Source of the DNA: Geosiphon pyriformis uo1
Taxonomy: Eukaryota > Fungi > Glomeromycota
Reading direction: 5' to 3'
Length of the DNA stretch: 64,000 bases
NCBI GenBank assembly: GCA_016748015.1
Contig: JAAOMT010000400.1
Location: 446,035 to 510,034, forward strand
The notes under the pieces were generated by a model that had not been told where the DNA came from, did no database searches, and was given only the letters and a program-made list of their open reading frames with translations. Position 1 is the first letter of the stretch. The number at the start of each line of letters is the position of its first letter. The position numbers were made by a program, and so were the translations under genes. Shown one piece after another: positions 12,810-26,330 of the stretch.

Positions 12810-15254
12810 ATGGTATATACTTTTTCTGATTTATTTTGTAGTATTGTACTGAAATTTTCTACATATTTTGCATCAATTATTTCTCTTCTAATATTAATTC
12901 CTTTTTTTACTAAACTAGATTTAAGCATTAATTGGACTATTGTTGTTGTTAGAATTTTTAATGCTATTTTTAAATCAATGCTAATATACAAATAAAGTTC
13001 TAATTTGATAGCAGTTTTTTCAGAATATCTAAAATTAAACTTTGTATTAATATTATGCATATGTTCTGACATAATATTTCTATTATTATTACTAAATTAT
13101 TTAAGTTTCTGCTTCTTTAAAAGATTTAAAAATACAATATATTGTTTGAGATTGTAATTAAAGTTTAAATTGTCATTATTATTGTTGACATTGTAAACAA
13201 AATTGAAATTATTGTTGTCATCATTATTAAAGTTTGAATTAGAATTAAATTTTGATTCTGATTCTGAAATACAACTGTTAATTGGTTTTTTTCTTCGAAA
13301 ATCAAATAAATTATATGTAATAATGATTTGTAAATGAGATTACAATTATTACAATATTCGAAATTACTGAAAATTAAACAATATTTAGAAAGTCTAGAGT
13401 TTAATTGTTCTAAATACTGGTTTTGTTTTTCTTAAGTAAATGTTAGATCTTGGTAATATTTGTAGAATTGTTTTGAATTATTCAAAATGTCAATAAATAT
13501 TTTTGAATTTAAAATAAGAATAATGTTGACAAATTCTAATAGATTATTTTTAATTGCTATTATTTTACTAAGTAAAACATTTTTGATTTTGGTACTTGCT
13601 ATTTTCCAGATCTTATTTTTGTTGTGTGAATAACTGTTTAAATGTAAAAGCACTTGGTTTTAAATAGTATTGAAATGTGTTTTTTTGCTTATTTAATTAT
13701 TTATAAGAATTATGTATTGACATAATATGTTGTATGTTTTTTTATAGCTAGAAATGTTATTCTATATTCTTTTGTTAAGTAGTATTTTTCTACAAATGAA
13801 ACATGATTTGTTGTTTTATTTTTTTTGTTATTTTAGATAACCAAAGCATTTTTAGTGACATGTTTTAGAATAGTAACAGATATGTGTCTTGTAGTTTTTT
13901 TTTAACAAGATCCAAGTTCTTATAAATAAAGTTTTTTTTTGTAATTTTTGTATTTAAGTAAGATATAGAGTAGTTGTTTTTTTGGGTTTGAAATTAAATA
14001 TTATATATTTTAACTATTGGCTGTTTTTTCAGTGGCAATAGTGACTTAAAGTTTGTTTTTTTTTGTTTTTTTTCTAGAAAAGTATTAATAATAATTTATT
14101 GTAGTTGTCTTTAGCTTACAAAACTTAATAAGTTTTCCAAATAGAGTTTTTTTTTCAAGCTCAATTAATGATTGTTTTCTTAAAAGAGCTCTGAAGTGAC
14201 TACAGATAACAAGTACTTAAGTATGCTAATTATCAAATATTAACTAGAGCTTTTGAATATTCTAGTTAAGTATAATGTTGGTTTTAAACAGCCAATTATT
14301 ATTAATGAAAGCTTGATACTATATGGCTTCTATTACTAAAACTTTGATTGACATAATAATATTATTAATTTTGAAAAAAAAGTTGTTGATTTTACCAATT
14401 GAAGTCTTTATTATTCTATTAGTAGTGATAATTTTAATACTAATAACTTAATTAGCTTAATAATCTAATTGGTCCATGAATTATTATATAATAATACTAT
14501 CTGCTAACTTGCTATTAAAGATAAATTTAATAGATTAATTATTAATTTTGGCATTAGTGTATATAGCAATAATTAGTTTAATGTCAAGAATAACTTTACT
14601 AAATAAAGATTTTGTTGTTAATTCTTCTAATTTGAAAAAAAAAATAACAGCAAGTAACTTGTTTTTTATGATAGTTGCTAATAAAATATTGTTGGTAAGT
14701 AGTTGTGTTAGTGGTTCTGAATTGTTAGATTAAGCATTTTTTAAAATAATTAAGAAACTTAAATAGCTCTAAAAATTTGAATTTTAGATGTATTTACTTT
14801 CCAAACTCCACTGGCATAATTTTGATGGCTAGTTTAATAAATTAGAAATTAATTAGTGTATTATTATTACCAATCTTCAAGTTTGTTGAATATGATTAAT
14901 TCTTGGTCTTTGGTTTTTAGTAGATATTTGAGTTGAAATTTGGAATAATACTTGAATATGTTGAAATTAATAAATAATTTATGATTGTGATAATTAATAA
15001 ATTACAGATGTTGGAGCTTGATAAATAAAAAATACATATATTAATTACTATATTATTGACATGTAATAGAATTGATATTGGTATTGTTTTGATGATGCAT
15101 TATTAGTGTAGTTTAGGATTTAATACTTGTAATTGAGATTTTAATATTAATTTTCTAATTGTTAGTTATTTAATCTTGCTTTACAGTCTATTTTTAGATG
15201 TCTTTGTTTATTACAGTAATAGCAAATATGTATTTTTTGTTGTCATGGTTAATT

Positions 15255-15258
<4 letters not shown>

Positions 15259-15295
<37 letters not shown>
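15259..15295. repeat. (AAT)n microsatellite inside the gag Q/N-rich region
   Basis: Direct reading. Confidence 0.8.
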
Positions 15296-15299
<4 letters not shown>

Positions 15300-15789
15300 T
15301 AACTAATTTTGAAATTAATTAAAGTTTTCTGAATTGTCACAATATTGAAAAGACTGATAAATTGCTTGATTGTTAGTTAAGTATTTTTTTTATTTTCTGA
15401 TTAATAGCTTTGCCAAATTGTTTCAATTTGGTATTCAATTCAGATAATTTATTTATTATTAGATTTATAACTTGAGTGTGGTTGGCTTTGAGCTTGGCTA
15501 ATTCAAAATTTTTGGCATAGATAACTGTATTTTGAAATATATTTAAATGCATTGAGTATACTTATTGTAATAAACTACTGTGTAATCCATAAATAAATTG
15601 ATTCAAGATCTGTAATACTGTAAAGTAATCAGTTTCAATTGCTTGAATTTAGTGCAGATTTTAATAAAAATATTCTAAATACATGATAATTGTTTTAATA
15701 TCAATTTTTTTAATAGTAATAAACTTAGTTAATAATCAGTTAATGCTATTATAATTACTGAAATATTGTAAAAATGTGGTTTTGAACAT

Positions 15790-16152
15790 TGTTACAAGTG
15801 ATTATTTGGGATCTCAAATCCAATAACAAATCTATAACTTGGTGCTAATAGCTAGTATGATTTTTATAATTTGAAAGTTTTGGTTGAGTTCTTTGTATAA
15901 TGGACAGAGATTTAATGATTGTTTTCAATAGCTTTCTGGAATCACAATTCTGTCAATTTTTTCTTAGCTTGATAGCTGGCAATCCTCTAATAAGCAATCT
16001 ATGATTCTTATGCATTCTACCTACTTGCAGAGATCTTTTACCAGACAATCCTTGATGTCAATAACTTAGCACTTAATTTTTAATCAATTAGTCAGCAACA
16101 AAAAATAACAAAAGAAAAAAAAAAAAAAAAAANNNNNNNNNNNNNNNNNNNN

Positions 16153-16194
<42 letters not shown>

Positions 16195-16768
16195 AATAAG
16201 CCAAGGCAATAAATATTAGTATCCTGTCAATAGCCATGATCAAAAACTATTGTTCTAATGTAATTAAGTATTAATTACTATTAACATTTAGAGTTGATAG
16301 CAAGCAATTAGATTTGAGATGCTAAATAAGTATATTTATTGATATTTTGGAATGATATGTTTTTAATTAGAAATAGTAACTAATGAATTTCTGTCTGGGG
16401 ATTCTTTCTTTTTTTGTTTTTAATGCTATTGCTATATATACATATTTTTTAGTTTTACAGAATTGCTTTGGATTATCTGTTTTTGCTAGCTATTACTTTA
16501 TTTTCTTACATTATAACTAATTATCTTATGTTATAACATGTTTCTTGATATTATTACATATTATTCTGTGTTATCCTGTATTATAACATGTTATCTTATA
16601 TTATAACACATTATTCTGTGTTATTCTGTATTATAACATATTATCCTACATTATAATGCATTATCTAATATTATTATGTATTATTCTGTGTCCTTTCATA
16701 TTTCATCATGTTTTTCTAGGTCATGTTTTTCCTTTTTTCTTTGATTGGCTTTTCTTCTCCAAGTAATA
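15790..16768 (-). repeat. Solo LTR inserted in gag of copy 2
   Basis: TGTTACA at 15790, decayed AAGTAATA at 16768, exact ACAT TSD on both sides. Contains the N gap within its A-rich tract. Confidence 0.88.
16133..16152. other. Assembly gap (20 N)
   Basis: N run flanked by poly-A. Both flanks are contiguous in the LTR consensus. Confidence 0.99.
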
Positions 16769-16964
16769 ACATGTTAAAAATTTGTGGCTTGTTTATTAAA
16801 CTTTAATACTATAAGTCTGTAGTATTTTGCAAAAAGTATAAGATAACTTAAAGTGCTCTGGCATCATTTTATTTATTAACTGCAATAACTTTTATTATAT
16901 TATTTAGTTATGCTTAAGTATTGTCTTTTTTATTAGTGAATTTCTCAATTTTTGTGATTGGTGC

Positions 16965-17753
16965 TATTACTCATAGAAATTAGAAATTATAATAATAGGT
17001 AAAATAGTCAATCAGAAATAGGCATAGTAAAATAAAGAATTTTAGAATTCTAAAATTCTCTTAAAAAATTGCAGGATTTCCAAGATTCTCATGTAACACA
17101 AATTATGTATATATAGTAAGAGTGTTAAAAGCAGAAAAATATGCAAAATTAAATAGAATTCAGAACCACAATATTTTTCCTTCAAAAGATAGTTTTTTAT
17201 AACTTAAAATAGAAATCTATTAGTATTAAATAAAAATATTTAATTATCATCCAATTTATATTATTATTATTTGATTAAAAATATTAATCACTTTTCCATT
17301 ATTAACACTTTATGTTGATAGAATCCAATACTTAATCATATTAAACTAATAGCTTTTGATTATGGCTATTAATAGGATATTAATTTTTTATTTTTATTTC
17401 TTATTTTTTTTATTTTTTTTTATTTTTTTTAGTTTTTTTTGTTTCATTTTTTTGTTTTACTAATTAATAAAAAAAATTAAGTGTTAAGTATTTGACATTA
17501 AAAATAGTCTGGTAAAAAACTTAAGAATAAGAATAGAAATTTAAAGATAGCTTACCAGAAAAGCATAATTGTTAGAATAAACCAGCCACTATATTGAAGA
17601 AAAAAATTCACAGAAAAAACCATTAATTAAATCTCTGTTCATTATACAAAAAACTCAACCAAAATCTTCAGAAATTATCAACATTACCAGCTATTGAGCA
17701 CCAAGTTATGAATTTGTTATTTGTTCCAACATTCTAAATAATTATTTATAATA
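16965..17753 (+). repeat. Solo LTR inserted in gag of copy 2
   Basis: TATTACTC...TATAATA (decayed termini). Flanks GTGC/ATAT differ only by G>A/C>T. Same subfamily as LTR 18686-19551. Confidence 0.8.
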
Positions 17754-18685
17754 ATATATAGACTATTAATACAAGTTGTTATTGTTATGATTGTTAAGAA
17801 GTGACAATTGATGCTATTAGTAATTAATTAATCAAAATGACTGAAGATAAGTTTTGTTAAGTAAGATTTGGATTGTTTGGGTTTTGCTGAGTTTGAACAA
17901 TTAAAGTTTAGACTTTTAGATTATTTAAAATTAAGTTTTAATTATTTTTTTTCTGATCACAGTTTTTTTTTTTCTGAATTAGTGTCTGTCCAATTATTGG
18001 TAGATTTAAAATTTGGTTAAGGTAACAGTAATTGAAGTCTTAATAGTATCATTGGTCATGATTTAAATTCTTTAAAAAAATTGTCATAAGTTTCTAATAA
18101 TTTGGTTTTTTCCTGATTATTTTAAAATAGTACTTATGACAATGGTGTTTTCAACATAGATGCAGCTGTTAATTTTATTTGGATAATGCTTCTAGATGTA
18201 TAATAGTATAACAGATAAATAGGTAAAATGACTTTTGGTTTTTTTCAAATAAACAATTGTATTTTTTTTGGTGTTTTTGTTAAAGTTTGTAACTTTTTTT
18301 TTCTTTGTTTACAAAGATAGTAGAAAATTTCTGTTGAATATAATTTTCAATTTTTCGATTTATTTTTGTGATTAATAGGGTAAATAAATAATATTGTAAA
18401 AACATAATGCTTTGAAGTAATTTACTGTAGAAATTTTTGAGAATAGTTTCTAGATCTTTTTAGTCTTCTAAGTATAATAAAATTTTTATATTAATATAGA
18501 AGTTAAAAGCTAATTCTGCTGGCCAATAGTAACTTATTAATTTAAAATAAGTTTGATAATATTAAAATAAAGCTTTCATGAATTTCAAGTAGTTTGTTTT
18601 TATTATTTTTGATTCTGTTACTGTTTTAAATAATAGATATTAATATTGATTCTTTATTAGATTATACTTTATAGAAAGCACCAAA

Positions 18686-19551
18686 TATTACAAGTGATTA
18701 TTTGAGATATTGGAACAAATAACAAATCATAATTTGGTGCTTAATAGTTGTTGATATTAGTAATTTCTAAAGATTTTAGTTGAATTTTTTGTATAATAAA
18801 TAGAGATTCAGTTAATTATTTTCTTCAATTTCTGTTTTCAGTATGATAACCAATTTATTTTGGCAGTTATGTCTTTTTGGTAAGTTATTTTTAAGTTTTT
18901 ATACCCTTGTTTTATGGGTTTTTTACCAGACTATCTTTAATATCAATTATTTAATACTTAATTCCTTAATTAATTAGTAAACAACAAAGAAATAAAATAA
19001 AAAAAAATAAAAAAAAATAAAAAATGAAATAAGAAATTAATATCTTATCAATAATTATAATTAAGAGTTATTAGTCTAATATAGTTAAGTATTGAATTTT
19101 ATTAACATAGATTGTTAATAGTACAGAATTAATTAATATTTTTTAATCAAGTAATAATAATATAAATTTGAATAATAAAAAATATTTTTATTAATATAAG
19201 TATGATTCTATTTCAAGTTATAAAAAACTATTTTTTAAAGAGAGAAATATTGGATAATTACTTATTATTAACTACTGTTCTAACTGTTTTAAATTACTGT
19301 TTTTGCTTTTAATATTTTTACTATATATACAATTTATATTATACAAGATTCCTTAAAATTTTTCATTTTTTTGAAAGAAATCTTGGAATTTTAGAATTTT
19401 GCAATTTTGCAATTTCTTAAAAAAAATTCTGAAATTTTGGAATTTTAAAATCCTGCAATTTTTAAGAAAAATTCTGGAATTCTTCTTTTTACTATGTTTT
19501 TTTTATTGGTTATTTTTCTATCTATTATAATTTCTATTTTTATAAGTAATA
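18686..19551 (-). repeat. 5' LTR of Gypsy copy 2
   Basis: Homologous to the other LTRs, adjacent PBS; abuts the copy 3 protease region. Confidence 0.85.
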
Positions 19552-22500
19552 CTACTATATATACTAATGTCAAAGTTGATAATCATTCTATCAAATTAAT
19601 TTTTAATAATAAATTAACAGACAGTATTATCACATGTTAACTTATGAACTAATTAAGTTACTAAGTTAATTAAACTATCAGCATTAGAATTATTACTGCT
19701 AATAGAACAATAAAAACTTTTATTGGTAAAATTGATAACTTTTTTTTCAAAGTTAATGGCATTATTATACTTATTAAAGTTTTAGTTATAGAAGTTATGT
19801 AGTATTAAGCTTTTGTTAATAACAACTGATTTTTTAAGACTAATATTGTGCTTAACTAAAATACTTAGAAGCTTTAGCTCAATTATAATGATTAACAAAG
19901 TTAAGTACTGACTATTTATAGTTATTTTAAAACTCATTTAAAAGAACAACTATTGATTAAATAGAGAAAAAAAAAGAAAAACTTATTTGAAAAACATATC
20001 AAGTCTCTTGGGCCAAAAAAAAACATAATAAGTTGTCATTAATGTTTACATAAAAAAAAAGAGGAAAAAAAAGACAAATTTTAAATTACTATTGCCAAAA
20101 ACAAATTAATTAACAGTTAATATATTCTATATTTAACACTAAAACCATGGAAACAACCATCTTATATTCTATTTAAATACAAAAATTACAAGAAAAAGTT
20201 TTTATTCATAAGAATTTGCATTTTACCAAAAAAAATATAAAACACATATCTGTTACTATTATAAAATATGCTACTAAAAATGCTTTAAATACTTAAAATA
20301 GCAGAGAAATATGACAATAAATTTTGCTTAGCTTGTAATAAAATTTTTCCAAACAAGAGAATATGGAACAATATTTCTAATCAAGAAAAAATATACAATA
20401 AATTGTATTAATACACAATTTTTATTAATAACTAGGTAAACAAAAAAATGCTGTATAAAACAAAGCTCTTTTATGCTTGAATAGTTATCTATATAATAAA
20501 AACAAGATCTAAAGAATAATAATAAACAAAATTGAAAGTATGTCTTTAAGTAAAATCTGAAAAATCAAAAACAACTTACTGAAATCTGTTAATACTGTTC
20601 TTATTTCAAATTCAGATATCTTTGTCAACATTATAAGTGATCCAAAACAATTTTATGAATATTACCAAGAGTTAACACTTACTCAAAAAAAGCAAGAGCA
20701 GTATTTAAAACAATTAAACCCTAGATTCTGTAAATATTGTCTAATTTCCAATAATTTTGAATATTGTAATAAGTATAATCTTATCTACAATTTACTACTG
20801 CACATAATCTATTCAATCTTTAAAAAAAAACTAATTAATAAGTATACTTTGAAATTCAAATTGAAATTTAATTACAATTCAGACTTTAATAATAATAATA
20901 ACATTAGTTTTAATAGTATTAATAATAACAATAATAACAATTTAAACTCAGATCTAAACTTCAAATACTATATCATGTTTTTAGATCTTTTTATAAAACA
21001 GGAATTAAATAGTTCAGTAATAATAATAAGAGTATTATGTCAAAATTTGTGTATAATACTAGGATTTGAATTCAGATATTTTGGAAAAGTTGCTATTATA
21101 TTGAAACTCTATTTATACATTAGTATAGATTTGAAAATAGCTCTAGAAATTCTGACAATAATAATAATTTAATTAATATTTAGATTTAGTTTAGCAAAAA
21201 AAGAAATTAACATTAATAAAAAAATAATTAATATAGAATATATAAAAAATATTATTGCAATATTACAAAATAAATCAGAAAAAGGATATACTATTGAACT
21301 AAATAAAAAAATAGCACAAACAATATTTCTGTTTTTGATGAAAATAGCTTAATTAGTGCCAATAAGAACAAGAAAAAAGTTAAAGATAATAATAAAAAGA
21401 ATAAATAAGTTTAGATTAATAGAAAAAATAGAATTACCAGTTAATATAGCAAAAGAAGAAATAATTAACCAGAAAAAAATTATTTTTACTCATTAATCAA
21501 TTTCTATTTTATCATATAATCAATATATCTTAGTTATTAAGAAAAAAGTGAAAAATCAACTTCAGATTTTTAAAATAAAATCTATTATTTGTGAATTAGG
21601 AGAGATTGTTATTATTAATCTATATATACTAGCCAAAAATCATAAACACATTAAAATTTCAATATATAATATAACTAGAAACTCAATAGAAATACTAAAT
21701 AGAACTATTATTAGATACTTAAATACTAAAGTTAAGGATCAAATACCAACTATTATTTCAGATTTTCTATAATTTTGTGAATATGTAAATATTATATTAT
21801 AAACTATTTACAAATAAAAAAAATATTATTTGCTACAGCCAAAATAGCTAAAACAAATAAATTTAGAAAATTTAAATTTATTTCAAAGAATACAACTTTA
21901 GCTATTACTTGATAATTTCAATAATATTTTTGCTAGTAAAAATAAATTTGGTAAAACAGACATTATTTAGCATCAGATTAAAACTGAAAATACTATGCTA
22001 ATTAAGCAAAAAGCATACTAAGTACCATCTACTAGCTATAAAATTATTTGACAAGAAATCAACTATATGTTAAGCAAAGAGTTAATTTAATTATTAATAA
22101 ATTCATAATTATTATCAGTTATATTTATTTAGAAAAAAAATAGAAAAATTTGGTTTTGTATAGATTATAAAAAGCTTAACAATATTACTTGTAAAGACAA
22201 TTATTTAATTCTACTAATTCAGAAATTATTTAATGTTTTTGAAAAAAAATATAATTTTCAATATTAGACTTAGATAGTAGTTACTGACAAGTAGTCATAA
22301 ATTTAACTAATAAAGAGAAAACAGCATTTACTACAAAAAAAAAGAATTTTAAATTCGATATTATGTCTTTTGACTTAATATTTCAACCATCTTTTAATAA
22401 TTAATAAAAATTATTTATACTAAATTGCTATGAAAATCAATAATAATCTACTTAAATAATACCAATATGTTTTCTAAAACATTTAATAATTATTTTTACT

Positions 22501-25038
22501 ATCTTTAACAAGTATTTGAAAAATTGAAAAGAACAAACTAAAATTAAATACTATTAAATGCTTTTTTGAAAAAAAAAATCTCAAGTTTTTAGAACATATT
22601 ATTAGCAAAAATAACATTAAAACAGATTTAAATAAGATTAAAATAGTTAAAAACTTTCTAGTACTAATCAATCTTATTAAACTTTAATTATTTTTAAGAT
22701 TTGCCAGATACTATTAATGTTTTATTCACAACTTCCTTAAGTTGGCTCAATTATTTTATCAACTTCAAGCCAAGAACACCAAATATAAATGAACAAAAAA
22801 ACAACAAAAAACTTTTAATACATTATAAAAAAACTTATTTAAACTTTAGTATTAATTTATTCAAATCATAGCAAACTATTTATTATTATTACAGATGTAT
22901 TTGGTTAAATATTAAAAGCAGTATTATTACAAAAAAAATCAAAAATTGACCAGAATATTCAAAAACATATGTTAGCCAAAGTTTGAGTACAGCTAAAAAA
23001 AACTATAAAATATTAGCATTAAAACATTTAACAATCTATTAGGCTGTTATTAAATAGAAAAAATATTTAAATCAAAAATTTAATGTATATACCAATCACA
23101 AAAAATTAACATTAATTCAAAAACAAGAATTTAAAAATGATTAATATGTAAGATAAAAAATATAATTATTATAGTATATTATAAAAAGAGAAAAAATAAA
23201 AATATTAATAATTTATTATGTTAAGACATATCTAAAACATTTTCAACCAGAAAAATAAATCAGAAGATGAATACACAAAAATATTAACAACTTTAATATT
23301 ATATTAATATTCAACAGTTCAAAAAAAATTTATCTTAAAAAGAACAAAACAACATAAAACAACAATTAAAATACTATATAATTTATTAAAATATACTATA
23401 TTAGAAAAACAAAAAAGAACCAAACCAGTCATTCAAAGTCATTACAGAATTAGAAAAAAAAAACAATACTGTTTAACATATATTTTGATCTAATAACAAA
23501 ACACTTTTATAAAGAAGCCACAATAAAAAAAACCAGAAAAAGATATTATTGGCCATTAATGTATTTAGATATTATTTAATATGTGCAAAATTGTGATGCT
23601 TATTAGAAAAAAAAAAGTTAGATCCAATAAACCACTAAAACCAATTAAAGTAAAACAACTATTTGATTAAATTAAAATTAATTTAGTTAAACTATTGATA
23701 ATAACCAGTAAAAACAACTAATATATACCAGTTATTATAAACTATCTTACAAAATAACTAGAAGTCAAAGCTATTTAAAGAGCAAATACAGAATCTGTAG
23801 CCAAATTTATATATCAAGATTTGATTTGGCAATATAAATATCCAAAAAAATTGTTATCAGATTAAGAAACTTATTTTGTAAACAAAATATTTACAGAATT
23901 AAGTCAAAAATTTAGAATAAAAAAACCATTATCATTTTTATATTATCTACAAATCAATGGCTTAATTAAAAAATTTAATAAAACATTATGTAAAACAATA
24001 GCCAAAATCAGCCAAAAAAACCAAAACAAATAAGATTTGTTTATATTATAAGTATTATTTACTTATTAAATAATAAAACAAGATATAATATAAACAATAC
24101 TATTTAAGTTAGTATATAAAAAAATAGCAATATTACTAATAGAAATAGATATTTACACATATCCAATAGAATCAATAATAGAAATTAACATTTAAGAAAC
24201 ACTTTTGTGAAGAACTTATTACTTAATAGAAATACTAGAAAAAAAAAGCAGTTAATAATATTCAAAGATCATAGAAAAAATAAAAAAAATAACATAATAA
24301 TTAGTTATCAAACAAACCAGTTGAATTCAAGATAAAAAACAAAATACTCTTATATCATACCAAAATAAAAAACCATGGAGTAAAAAATTTAATTCCAAAT
24401 AGAATGATCTATTTTACATTAAAAAAATTCTGGAAAATAGAGCCTATAAGTTAAGATAAAACAACAAAATCTTAATTAAAGCAATACATAATAATCAACT
24501 GAAACTATATTACAATATAATATTATTTTTTACCAATAACATTCCACAACTTAAAATACAATAAATACCAGTTAAACCAAATAAGATCTTACAAAATTTG
24601 GAACCAAATATAATTATTAAAAAAAACATGTTAAATTAATTTATTAAAACAATATATAAAAAACCAGTATATATAACAAAAATCACAGTAAAAATAGAAA
24701 TTACTAACAATATTTACTTACTAGCAACAACTATTACAACTTATTTAACATTAAAAATCAGGCCTAAAAGTAACAATTAACAAATAAACAATACAATATA
24801 AAAATAAGAGAATAATACAAAAGATTTAAAACAAAAAACAAAAAGCTAAATATCATATTTCTAAAAACACAGTAAACAAAATAATAAAAAAAGTGAAAAA
24901 AATACTAGAAATCACAAAAAAACAAATACCAAATAAAAAATTGATCTTAAAAAATTGGAATTAATAAATACAACAATTTTTTAAGAATTTTTATTACTAT
25001 TAGTTAAAACAAAAATTAAATATTTAAAACTTGTATAC
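19552..25038 (+). mobile_element. Ty3/Gypsy copy 3 (pol: PR, Cys-rich region, dUTPase, RT, RH, IN, plus downstream region), heavily decayed
   Basis: Begins in the pre-protease segment (YT[D]AKVD.HSIKLI). dUTPase ~21030-21420, RT ~21950-22600, integrase ~23450-24500. Colinear with copies 1 and 2 in the opposite orientation. Confidence 0.85.
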
Positions 25039-26003
25039 TATTATCTAAGTAGAAAGACCAAAATTATAAGAAAAAATATAATAACATAGAAAAAACGTAA
25101 TATTGCAAAATAACACAAAAAAATATATAATAACTCAAGATAACACAATACAAAAATTCAATAACATAATATAGCACAAAATAACTAGTTAAAACTTAGG
25201 ATAACTAATAATAACATAAAAAAATGAAGCAATAATAGAAATAATAAGTAGTAGTTAGCAATAACAAGACAATTAAAAACAATTTTGTAAAATTAAAAAA
25301 AATAAAAACAAGTAGTTTTAGAAGATAAAAAAAAGATAAAAAAAAACGAATTTTTTTTTATTTCTCTTTTATTTCTTTTGTGAATTAATTTTATTTATAT
25401 CTTATATTTATATTATATCAAACAAAAAAATAGTCAAAACAAATTTACTTATATCTGATTCTTAAATTTATATGTTTTATTTAAATTAATTATTTTTTTT
25501 TGTTTTAGTTTTCAGCCAGATGCTCTTAGCATAATTGTAGTAAAATCTTAATAACTTAAATTAATTACTTTTAATTACAGTAATTAATAATACTAATTTC
25601 TTTTTTTTATTTTAATTTTATCTTTTTTTTTTTATTTTCTTGTAAAATAACAATCTTAGAAAATTGATTATTTGAGAATAGACTTTATAATAATCTGGTA
25701 AAAAAAAAAGTTTTCTTTAAAATTAAATATTAATGTTATTTTGTTAACTTATCAAAAAAGCAAAAAAACACTTAACTAGCTCAAAGAAAATAGTTTACAT
25801 ATACCCAATTGCAAACAGTTAAATTATATCTTTGTGTCTTATAATTAAAAAACTCTATAAGTAAATTTATATTAATTAAAAATCTTCAAAAATTAATAAT
25901 CTTAACTCATTATTTTTCTAAACAAAAAAAACTTTCAAGCTTTTTTACTTAAATATAAAGCATTAAATATTACTATTACATTCTACCAAGTTTATTTATA
26001 ATA
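25039..26003 (+). repeat. Solo/recombinant LTR
   Basis: TATTATC...TATAATA decayed termini; U3 similar to LTR 15790-16768. The left flank is Gypsy copy 3 (ATAC) and the right flank is a LINE fragment (CTAG). Confidence 0.6.
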
Positions 26004-26330
26004 CTAGTTAACAAATTTATTATACTATTAATAGTTTCAGGCTTTTTTGGCTTCTTGTATAAAGAACTATAAGAGTAAATACTCTCAATACACTTTTTTT
26101 TAGTGTTAAACTGAATCTTTAATCTAGCTAATCTAGAAACAAAACTATTAGCAAAAAAGACTACCAGTTTTATAACAACGAAAAAAGTGTACTAAAAAAA
26201 ATAATTACAAAAACAAAAAAGAGAAAAAAGAAGAAAAAACATATTTTTTTAGCTATTCTATATTTTTATTTATAACCAAAAAATTAATAAAAAAAGAAGA
26301 TTTATTACAAATTAAATCTAAAAAATTTTT
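26004..26330 (-). mobile_element. 5' UTR/ORF1 N-terminal fragment of a LINE
   Basis: Minus strand reads like a decayed basic ORF1 N-terminus (..KKKCIESIYSYSSLYKKPKKP) and resembles the LINE-B 5' end near 41340-41400. Confidence 0.5.

Larger units (their letters stand above)
8016..19551 (-). mobile_element. Ty3/Gypsy copy 2 (heavily decayed), carrying three solo-LTR insertions
   Basis: Colinear with copy 1: 5' LTR 18686-19551, PBS (AGAAAGCACCA on +, ~18673-18683), gag, PR (~14300-14600), dUTPase split by a solo LTR, RT/RH (ORF 10516-10722), integrase (~8750-9800; ORF 9003-9218), and a post-integrase region. Confidence 0.88.

Noticed and set aside
16133-16190. Long poly-A runs next to the N gaps as retroposon tails
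   Set aside because: They flank assembly gaps and are probably sequencing or assembly artefacts.
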